Origin: Nannocystales bacterium
Lineage (GTDB): Bacteria; Myxococcota_A; Polyangia; Nannocystales; Nannocystaceae
DNA length: 64,000 bases
Direction of reading: 5' to 3'
Assembly: GCA_050633305.1 (NCBI GenBank)
Contig: JBOEGF010000004.1
Span: 96,001 to 160,000 of the forward strand
Positions 30,072 to 38,277 of this stretch are shown here, piece after piece. Each line of letters starts with the position of its first letter. Position 1 is the first letter of the stretch. Made by a program: the position numbers and the translations under genes. A model generated the notes under the pieces. It was given only the letters and a program-made list of their open reading frames with translations. It was not told the origin of the DNA and did no database searches.

Positions 30072-31927
30072 CCCGCGGGATTCTGCTCGCGCTGGGCCTC
30101 GGGCTCGGGTTGAGTGCCGGATGTGCCGGCCGGAAGCTGGCTGTCCACGCCGAGCCCGGGGGGAACTTGCTGGCGCTGACCGCCAAGCAGGGAGCCCGGG
30201 CCGACCGGCATCACCAAGACCGCCCGCTGGTCGTGATGATCGAGGATTCTGGGCTGCGCGCGGTCGATCCGGAGACCGCCAGTGACCGCTGGAGGTCCTC
30301 ACTTCGCGCCACCGGTCATCTCACCGCAAACGAGACCGCCGTTTTCGTGCCACTGTCGGGGCATCGGTTGGCCGCGCTGGATCGGGCGTCCGGTGCAGTG
30401 CTCTGGAAAATCGAGCTGCCTGGAGAGGCGCTGTCGGGAGTCGCCGCGAACGGACGGACCGTCGTCGTCAGCGTGCTCGACCACCACAAGGGCCGCTCTC
30501 GCGCCGTCGGCATCTCTGCGCTGGATGGCCAGATACGCTGGATGCGGCGCACGCAGGGACGCCTGGGAAGTCCGGCTGTGGTGGGTACGGTTGCGCTGGT
30601 CCCCGTCGGCAACCAGGTCGTGGCCCTGGGGACTCGAGCGGGTTGGGAGCGCGGTCGATTGGACCTTGGCGGTTCTGCCCCCCAAGGCGACGACATCATT
30701 CCCGCAGTCGAGCGGGTCAGTCGCGACGGCAAGGCGTTGTACGCGGGCACGAAGCGCGCGTGGGTAGACCTGCAGACCGCCACGTCGGGGCATCTCGATG
30801 GGCTCAGCGAGATTCAGGGCTACGGAGAAGTGTTCTCGACCAACGAGGGGCTCGATGCGGGTCACGCTGACGCGGAGCGCCTTCGATTGTGGGTGGACCT
30901 CTCGGCCACGACCGCCGGCCACCGCGACGCGGTTTTCGTGTGCCGCCGCGCGGTGGTTGCGATGCGTGTGGATGACGAGGGAACACCTCGGCTCGCCCAG
31001 TGGACCTACATCAGCTCCGGCCCCGAGTTCGTCGGGTTCGACGTTCGCGACGACCGCGTCGTGCTGGTGCGTGAAGACGGGCTGCTCGTCCAGCTCTCGC
31101 GGACCGACGGCGCCGAGCTGGATCGGGTCGCCGGCGCGGCCCCGACTCGCGGCGCATTGATGCTCGACCTGCCGGACACGCTCCAGACTCCCCGGCGACC
31201 CAAGCCTCAGCGGGAGCAACGGCTTGCGATGATGCGTGACCTCATCCTCGACGCCGACCCGCGGCTGGTTCCCGCGCAGCGCCTCGCGATCGAGATCCTG
31301 TGGCGAGACGATGACGCGGATGTGCGGGACGCGGTGGCCCGCATTGCGCATGGAGAAGTCCGCGACGAGCCGGGGGCTGCCTCCGCCGAGCTCCGTGCTC
31401 ACGCCGCCGAACGACTGGCCGAGCCTTGGGGCACCCCCGACGCCGACCAGATCGCGGCGCTGCGGAGGGAATTGGCGGCGCGGCCGTCGTTCCTCAGCGG
31501 TGTGAAGCCTCCGGTCGCGGTGTTGGCCCGTCGTGCGGTCGCCGCCGGGGAGCAGTCGATGGTCTCGGACCTGGTCGCACTGCTCAACCACCCCAGCACC
31601 GAGGCGGCCGATCTCGACCCTCTGGTCCGGGCGCTGGGTGAGCTGGGCACGCCCGAGGCGTTGGATGCCGTCTCGGCGTTCCTGAGGCGGTATCACGCGG
31701 ACGACGGGGTCTTGTACGAGTCCGCGGCGTTGACCTCAGCCGTCGACATCCTCTCAGGAGATGAGGCGCACGCCGAACTCCTGCGCGAGCTGCTCGGTGA
31801 CCCCTTCACCGCGCCGGGATTGCGTGATTACATCGCGGGCCGCGTGCCGCAGCAGGCACCGCGCAATGCCCCCGATGTCTCAGAGCACCCCCCCGAAATC
31901 GCGGCTCTATCAGCTCCGGGTCTGTGA
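30068..31927 (+). CDS. PQQ-like beta-propeller lipoprotein with C-terminal helical/HEAT region
   Basis: GTG start overlapping the upstream stop, lipobox LSAGC, and Trp-docking repeats ALDRASGAVLW, ISALDGQIRW and AVDPETASDRW. Confidence 0.8.
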   Translation: MTRGILLALGLGLGLSAGCAGRKLAVHAEPGGNLLALTAKQGARADRHHQDRPLVVMIEDSGLRAVDPETASDRWRSSLRATGHLTANETAVFVPLSGHRLAALDRASGAVLWKIELPGEALSGVAANGRTVVVSVLDHHKGRSRAVGISALDGQIRWMRRTQGRLGSPAVVGTVALVPVGNQVVALGTRAGWERGRLDLGGSAPQGDDIIPAVERVSRDGKALYAGTKRAWVDLQTATSGHLDGLSEIQGYGEVFSTNEGLDAGHADAERLRLWVDLSATTAGHRDAVFVCRRAVVAMRVDDEGTPRLAQWTYISSGPEFVGFDVRDDRVVLVREDGLLVQLSRTDGAELDRVAGAAPTRGALMLDLPDTLQTPRRPKPQREQRLAMMRDLILDADPRLVPAQRLAIEILWRDDDADVRDAVARIAHGEVRDEPGAASAELRAHAAERLAEPWGTPDADQIAALRRELAARPSFLSGVKPPVAVLARRAVAAGEQSMVSDLVALLNHPSTEAADLDPLVRALGELGTPEALDAVSAFLRRYHADDGVLYESAALTSAVDILSGDEAHAELLRELLGDPFTAPGLRDYIAGRVPQQAPRNAPDVSEHPPEIAALSAPGL

Positions 31928-32243
31928 TGGCCCCAGCTGCGGAGTCACCCATGAGAGCGAAGTCCTCGTCGAGTTGGCCGAGCAGGCCATCGAAGGCGAC
32001 CCCGCGCTGAAGGGGCGCGTCGGCGTTTGCAACTACACGTGTTTCGGACGGTGCGAAGACGGGCCCAACCTGTTCGTCCATGAGCTCGACGAAGAGGATG
32101 AGCGCTACGACGATCCCGACGACGATGTCCTCGAGGAACAGCGCGGCTTCTACACCGACCTCGACAAAGAGAAGATCGGTCGGATCCTCAACGAGCACTG
32201 CAAAAGCGGGGAGCCGATTCCCGACCTCGTCGGGGAGTATTAG
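31875..32243 (+). CDS. Thioredoxin-like [2Fe-2S] ferredoxin
   Basis: VCDGPSC...TCFGRCEDGPNL...ILNEHC motif pattern. Confidence 0.85.
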   Translation: MSQSTPPKSRLYQLRVCDGPSCGVTHESEVLVELAEQAIEGDPALKGRVGVCNYTCFGRCEDGPNLFVHELDEEDERYDDPDDDVLEEQRGFYTDLDKEKIGRILNEHCKSGEPIPDLVGEY

Positions 32244-32245
32244 GC

Positions 32246-32399
32246 TTGGCAGGGGCCTTTCGGAAAGGCCCCTCGCTGCGGCAGCGAAGCTGCCTTCGCT
32301 TCACCCGAAACGGGCGGCGGTTGCCGCCTGGCGCTTCGCGGTCGACGGCGGGGGGGATTGGTTTTGGCAGGGGCCTTTCGGAAAGGCCCCTCGCTGCGG
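32246..32399. repeat. Two identical 36-bp palindromic direct repeats (REP-like) with a structured 82-bp spacer
   Basis: TTGGCAGGGGCCTTTCGGAAAGGCCCCTCGCTGCGG at 32246-32281 and 32364-32399, between convergent genes. Confidence 0.9.
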
Positions 32400-32432
32400 A
32401 CGGGGCTTGGGTTCTGCTGCGGCGTTGCCGGG

Positions 32433-33434
32433 TTAGGCCGGGGACAGTCGGGCGGTGCCGCGGGCCAGATGGGTGCTGAAAGTGGCGGGGTCGATGTTGG
32501 CTCCGCAGACCAGCAGTCCGACCTGCTTGCCCTGCAGGCGGTCTCGCAGAGGGCCCCACAGGGCAGCGGTCGCGGCTGCGCCCGCTGGTTCGACGGCCAG
32601 CTTCATCCCCGCAAACAGCCGGACCATGGCCTCGCATAGGGCGTCGTCGTCGACGGTCACGACTTCGTCGACGAACCGACGGCACAGCTCGAACGAGTAG
32701 GGGGCTGCATGCGGGGCGCCCAGGGAGTCTGCGATCGTCGCGACCCGGTCGATGGCGACGGGAGCGCCCGCCGCGAGGCTGCGCGTCATGGAATCGGCGC
32801 CGATGGGTTCGACGCCGTAGACCTTGCACTGCGGTCGCAGTTGTTTGACCGCCGCAGCGATCCCTGCGCACAGCCCACCTCCGCCGATCGGGACGACCAC
32901 GGCGTCGAGGTCAGGTCTCGCGTTCAGCCACTCGAGGCCGACGGTGGCGGTGCCCAATGCGGTCGTGGGTCCCTCGAAGGGATGGATGAAGGTGCGGCCC
33001 TCGTCGGCCTGGATGCGTTCGACGGTGGCGAACGCCTGATGGACGTCCTCGGCCAGGAGGACCTCGGCACCGAGGCGTCTGCATTTGTCGACGCGGGACG
33101 GGCTGGCCGTCTGCGGCATGACGACTTTCGCGTGGCTGCCCAAGGTTCTCGCGGTAAACGCGACGGCAGCCGCGTGGTTTCCGGCGGAGACGGCCGTCAG
33201 TCCTCGGGCTCGCTGCGCGTCATCGAGGTCCCACGCGCACAGCAGCGCTCCGCGGGGCTTGAACGAGCTGGTGTGCTGCCAGGCCTCGAGCTTGAGGTGG
33301 ACGCCGCCGCCCGGGCCGAGCAGATCGGAGACGGCGTCGTCCGTCCAGGTCCACACCGCGGTTGTTCGGACAGCGTCGCCGAGCCGCTCCCGGGCGCTGC
33401 GGATCTCGGACAACGTAGGGGCGGTGACGCTCAC
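32433..33434 (-). CDS. PLP-dependent threonine/serine dehydratase (or serine racemase) family
   Basis: KLEAWQHTSSFKPRGA, SAGNH, PIGGGGL, EPAGA and CGAN. GTG start at 33434. Confidence 0.92.
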   Translation of the reverse strand: MSVTAPTLSEIRSARERLGDAVRTTAVWTWTDDAVSDLLGPGGGVHLKLEAWQHTSSFKPRGALLCAWDLDDAQRARGLTAVSAGNHAAAVAFTARTLGSHAKVVMPQTASPSRVDKCRRLGAEVLLAEDVHQAFATVERIQADEGRTFIHPFEGPTTALGTATVGLEWLNARPDLDAVVVPIGGGGLCAGIAAAVKQLRPQCKVYGVEPIGADSMTRSLAAGAPVAIDRVATIADSLGAPHAAPYSFELCRRFVDEVVTVDDDALCEAMVRLFAGMKLAVEPAGAAATAALWGPLRDRLQGKQVGLLVCGANIDPATFSTHLARGTARLSPA

Positions 33435-33457
33435 GCGAGTCTTGTACCCTCGCGGTC

Positions 33458-34066
33458 GTGAGGTTGCACGCGCCCGCTGCGGAACGAAACGCTCTGCCCA
33501 TTCTCGAGGTCCTGCGAGAGCGGTTCCCTTCTTCGGGGTTGGTCCTCGAGGTCGCGAGCGGGACCGGGCAGCATGTGGCCACGTTTGCGGCCGCGATGCC
33601 GGGCCTACGCTTCGCGCCGAGTGATCGGGATGCCGATGCACTGCGCAGCATCGGCGCGTGGACGGAGGGGATGGACAATGTCGCGCCTGCCGTTCAACTC
33701 GACGTGAGCTCGGCACGATGGCCGGTCGGGACCGTGGACGCGGTCTTCTGCGCCAACATGATTCACATCGCCCCCGAAGAGGTCGTGGGAGGCCTGATGC
33801 GAGGCGCATCAGAGCATGTGGCACCCGGCGGAGTGCTTGCCCTATACGGCCCGTTTCGGGTCGGTGGGCAGCACACCGCGCCTAGCAATGCGGCGTTTGA
33901 CGCCTCGCTACGATCTCGTGACCCGAGTTGGGGCGTCCGAGATCTCGAGTCCGTAGAGGCGATGGGCCGAGCGGCCGGCTTCGACCTGGAGCATGTCCAA
34001 GAAATGCCGGCGAACAACAAGCTCGTGTTCTTCCGCCGGACAGCTCGGGCGGAACGACCGGAATGA
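33458..34066 (+). CDS. DUF938-family SAM-dependent methyltransferase
   Basis: APAAERN, LEVASGTGQH, NMIHI, YGPF, SNAAFD and MPANN. Confidence 0.93.
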   Translation: MRLHAPAAERNALPILEVLRERFPSSGLVLEVASGTGQHVATFAAAMPGLRFAPSDRDADALRSIGAWTEGMDNVAPAVQLDVSSARWPVGTVDAVFCANMIHIAPEEVVGGLMRGASEHVAPGGVLALYGPFRVGGQHTAPSNAAFDASLRSRDPSWGVRDLESVEAMGRAAGFDLEHVQEMPANNKLVFFRRTARAERPE

Positions 34067-34134
34067 AAGGGTCCGTGCAACGCGTGTCGGGTCGTGCGAC
34101 AAGCACCCCACCTTTCGACGGAGTTCTGCCCACG

Positions 34135-34437
34135 ATGCGAATCGACCTGAAAAAATTCCTGGCCCTGACCAGCCTCCTCTCCATGCCCATGGCCCCCGGT
34201 TGCGACACGGGTGACGACGAGGACACCGCGACGACCAACGCGAGCACCTCCGGCACCAGCGGAACTAGCGGTACCGGATCTGCGGGAAGCAGCACCGGCG
34301 CCAGCAGCGGCGGAACGACCAGCGGCGCCGAGACCGGCTCGACCGGCGAGAGCTTCGGCTCCAGCTCGACCGGCGAGAGCTTCGGCTCCAGCTCGACCGG
34401 CGAGGGCTTCGGCTCCAGCTCCAGCACCAGCGGCTGA
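34135..34437 (+). CDS. Short Ser/Thr/Gly-rich lipoprotein
   Basis: MRIDLKKFLALTSLLSMPMAPGC lipobox-like signal followed only by low-complexity sequence. Confidence 0.75.
   Translation: MRIDLKKFLALTSLLSMPMAPGCDTGDDEDTATTNASTSGTSGTSGTGSAGSSTGASSGGTTSGAETGSTGESFGSSSTGESFGSSSTGEGFGSSSSTSG
34337..34421 (+). repeat. 27-bp tandem repeat x3 (STGESFGSS)
   Basis: GCTCGACCGGCGAGAGCTTCGGCTCCA occurs three times, with one substitution in the third copy. Confidence 0.9.
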
Positions 34438-34443
34438 CGCACG

Positions 34444-35658
34444 ATGACGTTGGTCCGCCCGACACCGCCCGCGTTCGCGTGGGCGGACCCGTTCTTCTCG
34501 TTCGGCGTCACGGGCACCAACGGCAAGACCTCGACCGTGCATCTCATCGGCGCCGCACTGGCGGCAGCCGGACATCTGGCCCTCCAGATCAGCACGGTCG
34601 AGTACCGCCTTGGCGACGAGAACCTCGGCCTCCCGCACACGCGCAACGGTTTCTTCGACGCCTTCTCCGCAGCCCACGAAGCGGGTGCTCAGTGGGCTTC
34701 GGTCGAGGTCACGTCGCGAGCACTGGCCGATTCGTACGCGAAGCGTTGGCGTTTCGATCTAGGCGTATTCACCAATCTCTCGCCCGATCACCTCTCGACG
34801 CACGGAAGCTACGAGGCCTACCTCGCGGCGAAGGCCCAGTTGTTCATTCACCTTGGCCCTGGGCGTACCGCGGTGCTCAACGCGGCGGACGAGCACGCGA
34901 TGTTCATCGACCAGGCGATTCCGCCGGATGTGAAGCGGTGCTGGTTCGCCTCGCCAACGCGCGGTCCCTTGTTGCGGGAGGCGGATCTCGAAGCCGAGCG
35001 CATCGACGTGGACGCCGCAGGCACCCGGGTCACACTGAAAGCGTCCCCACTGGCGGATGCCCTGGGAGGCACCCTGAAGACCCGCATGGTTGGAGCCGTG
35101 TTTGCCGAGAATGCGATGGCAGCCGCGGCTGCGGCGGTTCGAGCGGGGCTGGAACCCGAGGCGGTTGCGCGCGGGATCGTGGGTTGCCCCCCGGTCGCGG
35201 GCCGGTTCGAAGTGCTCGGGTCCGACCCGGTCGCGGTTGTCGACTACGCCCACACCCCCGACGCGCTGGAGCGGACCTGTGCAGAGGCTCGGGCGCTGGC
35301 CCGCGGTCGTTTGCTCGTGGTGTTTGGTGCCGGGGGTGGAGCCTCTCCGGAGAAGCGCGGCGAGATGGGGGCCGCGGTGGGGGCCCATGCCGACCGCGTG
35401 TGGGTGACCAATGACAATCCGCGCGACGAAGACCCGCAGCAGATCGCGGACGCACTTGTCGACGGCCTGGAGGGCTGTGGGGCGGAGGTGGCCGTCGTGC
35501 TCGACCGCGCGGCTGCTATCGAGGCGGCCATGCGCGTGGCGGGCCCCGGCGACGTGGTTGTCGTGGCTGGGAAGGGGCACGAACGGGGACAGACGGTTCG
35601 GGGGGAGACGCGGCCGTTTTGTGACCGCGATGAGGTCCGCCGTTGGGTGCAGGGGTGA
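34444..35658 (+). CDS. MurE-like Mur ligase lacking the N-terminal domain
   Basis: GVTGTNGKTST begins about 20 aa from the start. Also EVTS, FTNLSPDHL, YLAAK, GRFE, VDYAHTPDAL, DNPR and GKGHE. Confidence 0.88.
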   Translation: MTLVRPTPPAFAWADPFFSFGVTGTNGKTSTVHLIGAALAAAGHLALQISTVEYRLGDENLGLPHTRNGFFDAFSAAHEAGAQWASVEVTSRALADSYAKRWRFDLGVFTNLSPDHLSTHGSYEAYLAAKAQLFIHLGPGRTAVLNAADEHAMFIDQAIPPDVKRCWFASPTRGPLLREADLEAERIDVDAAGTRVTLKASPLADALGGTLKTRMVGAVFAENAMAAAAAAVRAGLEPEAVARGIVGCPPVAGRFEVLGSDPVAVVDYAHTPDALERTCAEARALARGRLLVVFGAGGGASPEKRGEMGAAVGAHADRVWVTNDNPRDEDPQQIADALVDGLEGCGAEVAVVLDRAAAIEAAMRVAGPGDVVVVAGKGHERGQTVRGETRPFCDRDEVRRWVQG

Positions 35659-36551
35659 ACGAGGGAGTTCGCCACGCGCTGGCCGAAATCCAAGCGCTGG
35701 AGTCACGGCTTGCCGTCCAGCACGGGCTGTGTCGGCTCGATGTGCGGCTCCAGGCGAGCAAGCAGGAGGTCCGGGTGGAGGGGACGGTTCTCGTCGACCG
35801 ACTGAGGCAGCCGGTGCTGAGCATTGTCGCGGCGGCCCTGCCGGGCGTTTCCCTGAGCGACGCTCTGCAGGTCGTGCAAGGGGGGCCGTGGCACGCGGTC
35901 GAAACGGTAACGTCGTTGCACGCATCGGCGACTGGCGGGCCTACGGTCACTGTGCTGCACCCCGAGGACGGCCCCGTGGAGGTCTTGGGTAGAGCTGCGG
36001 CCGCGTGTTTGGTCCGCGATCGCTGCGGGACCACGGGTTGGATGTCTGGCGCTCTCGGTCCGGGGGTTCAGCCTCCGGTGCTCCCGCATCCGCGGACCGA
36101 GGATCCGCAGGCCTTTGTCGATGCCGCACGCCGCTTCGTCGGGACGTCGTATGCGCTCGGTGGGACGGACCGGGAGGTCATCGACTGCTCGGGTCTCGTT
36201 CAACGCGCGGCCTGGTCGTCGCTGCGTGTCGCGCTTCCTCGGAACACCGGGGACCTGTGGGGGCTTGGTGCCCGGCAGGGGCGGCCACCCGACGGCGCGG
36301 GGCACCTGGTCTTCGTGTGGACGCGTGGCGAGTCACTACGCCACGTCGGCATCGTCGCCCCGGATGCCGTCGTTCACGCTTCGTTGTCTCGACGTGTCGT
36401 GGTCTGCGACCCTGCCGAGCGCTTCTACCGAGGCGTGGCCCGGGTCGAGCATCTGCCCTTTGAGGCGTTGTTGGCCCTCGGACGACGGTGCGCCGGGCAC
36501 CCGAACGTCCTCGCAGCGGGGGTGCGCCTCGGACAAGCCCCGCCGGCCTGA
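35655..36551 (+). CDS. NlpC/P60 (C40) cell-wall peptidase
   Basis: GTSYALGG, IDCSGLV, LPR, HVGI and VVHAS. GTGA overlap with the upstream gene. Confidence 0.85.
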   Translation: MNEGVRHALAEIQALESRLAVQHGLCRLDVRLQASKQEVRVEGTVLVDRLRQPVLSIVAAALPGVSLSDALQVVQGGPWHAVETVTSLHASATGGPTVTVLHPEDGPVEVLGRAAAACLVRDRCGTTGWMSGALGPGVQPPVLPHPRTEDPQAFVDAARRFVGTSYALGGTDREVIDCSGLVQRAAWSSLRVALPRNTGDLWGLGARQGRPPDGAGHLVFVWTRGESLRHVGIVAPDAVVHASLSRRVVVCDPAERFYRGVARVEHLPFEALLALGRRCAGHPNVLAAGVRLGQAPPA

Positions 36552-36627
36552 AGACCGTGCCGGGCTCCGTGCCAGCCGTGGGGCACCCAAGAGAGGCCCG
36601 AGGTAGAGGGCCATGAGAGCGGTCCCG

Positions 36628-37038
36628 TCAGGCGCCCGAGGCGAATCGGAAGAACCGCGTGAGCAGGCTCGGGCCAGGGTCGTCGCGAAGCAGTCGGTCG
36701 ACCTGGCGTCGGAGGCGGCCGCAGCACTGCCGCCCCACGGACGCATCGAGGATCTCGCCGTCGCGGGTGCACAGGATGGTGGGCGAGCCGTCCTTCTGCA
36801 CCGGGGGGAAGGCTTCGCGGTTGTTGCACGTCTCGGGGAGGAGCCGGGGGTCGACGTGCGCGAACATGACCGAGTCGGGGTCGTACCCCTCGGCGAGGTC
36901 CTCGAGCGCCTGCAGACAAGCGCTGGTGGCGCGGGTCCGGCTATCGCCGAGCAGGATTACGACAGAGCCGATTCCGTCCTCGAGCAGACTTTGGGCATCG
37001 TCTGCACACAGGGGGATATAGACGCGGGAGGCCGACAA
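36628..37038 (-). CDS. Hypothetical protein, possible thioredoxin-like fold without CxxC
   Basis: Pattern FAHVD...SPTILCTRDGE..VG resembles the thioredoxin C-terminal half. Co-oriented downstream of selD. Confidence 0.55.
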   Translation of the reverse strand: MSASRVYIPLCADDAQSLLEDGIGSVVILLGDSRTRATSACLQALEDLAEGYDPDSVMFAHVDPRLLPETCNNREAFPPVQKDGSPTILCTRDGEILDASVGRQCCGRLRRQVDRLLRDDPGPSLLTRFFRFASGA

Positions 37039-37063
37039 CGTCGCTCAACGTAGCAGTCTGGGA

Positions 37064-38167
37064 TCAGGACGCCACAACTTCGATCCGTTTCGACCGAGGT
37101 CCGGGGCGCTCGACAATCTCACCGACGACGCTGACCCAATCTTCCGATGGAGCCACCGCACGCAGGGCGTCGAAGACCTTGCTGCAGGCCCGAGCCCCCA
37201 CCGCCGCAAGCAGACCTCCGGAGGTCTGAGCGTCCGCCAGCAGCAGCTGCGTGTGCTCTTCCTCGCGAAGGGCTTTGGCCCAACGCACGTCTTTTACGGC
37301 GGCACTGAGGTTTGCGCGCGTCCCTCCTGGTGCCACGCCTGCGGCGACCAGGCGGCGGGCTGCGGGAAGTGTTGGAATCGCGGTGGCATCGAGCCGGGCG
37401 CCGATCGGCCCCTCGAGCATCTCGCGCAGGTGTCCCAAAAAGCCATATCCCGTCACGTCCGTACAGGCGTGAACGGAGCGCGTGTGCTGGGCGAGGACCT
37501 CACCGGATGCGCGGTTGAGGGTGGCCATGACCTCGATCGCGTGGCTGATCTCGGCGGGGGTCGCCTTGCCCTGCTTGATGGCGGTCGTGACGATTCCGCT
37601 CCCCAGAGGCTTGGTGAGGATGAGCTTGTCCCCAGGACGAGCCCCCACATTGGTGAACACCTTCTTGGGGTGCACCTCACCGACGACCGCGAGTCCATAC
37701 TTGGGCTCCGCGTCCTCGACCGTGTGCCCGCCCAGCAGGACGGCGCCCGCGTTGGAGACCGTGTCCGCGCCGCCGCGAAGGATCTCGTGCAGGACGTCCA
37801 ACGGCAGCGCCTTGCCTGGAAACCCGACGAGGTTGAGTGCGACCAGCGGGCGGGCGCCCATGGCCCACACGTCGGAGAGGGCGTTGGCGGCAGCAACTCG
37901 GCCGTAGTCATAGGGATCGTCGACAACGGGGGAGAAGAAGTCCGTCGTGCATACGAGCGCCCGCTTGGCGTCGAGTTGGTAGACCCCCGCGTCGTCGTGT
38001 GTCTCGGTTCCGACGAGTACCCGTTTGTCGAGCACTTTGGGCAAGCGGCGCAAGACCTGCGCCAGCTCCGGCGAGCGGAGCTTGGAGGCTCAACCCGCGG
38101 CCTGGGCGTACTCCGTGAGGCGGATCGGGGGAACCTTGGGGCTGCGGGTCGACGCGCGGCGAGCCAT
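37064..38167 (-). CDS. selD: Selenide, water dikinase (selenocysteine-containing)
   Basis: MARR...IRLTEYAQAAG-TGA(38090-38092)-ASKL continues in frame into DDAGVY, TTDFF, ANALSDVWAMG, GGHT, LTKPLGSG, TDVTGYG and DAQTSGGLL. Confidence 0.95.
38047..38063 (-). promoter_or_regulatory. Putative bacterial SECIS hairpin
   Basis: GGCGCA-GGTCT-TGCGCC on the minus strand, starting 26 nt after the in-frame TGA. The GGUCU apical sequence resembles the E. coli fdhF SECIS. Confidence 0.8.
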
Positions 38168-38277
38168 GCTGCGGCGATCCGTAGCAGCTGGGCGCAAAAT
38201 CCTCCACGGGAGACCGTTTCGCGCGACGCGCCGGGACTGGGTGAAGTCTCGGGCCCATCTGGGATACCCTGGGGGGG

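Noticed and set aside
32246..32399. Mini CRISPR array (36-bp palindromic repeats)
   Set aside because: Only two repeats, an 82-bp self-structured spacer, no leader and no cas genes in the window. A REP-like element or terminator is more plausible.
37064..38167. selD pseudogene or N-terminally truncated SelD
   Set aside because: The stop is TGA exactly at the catalytic Cys position and is followed by a SECIS-like hairpin, which fits selenocysteine.
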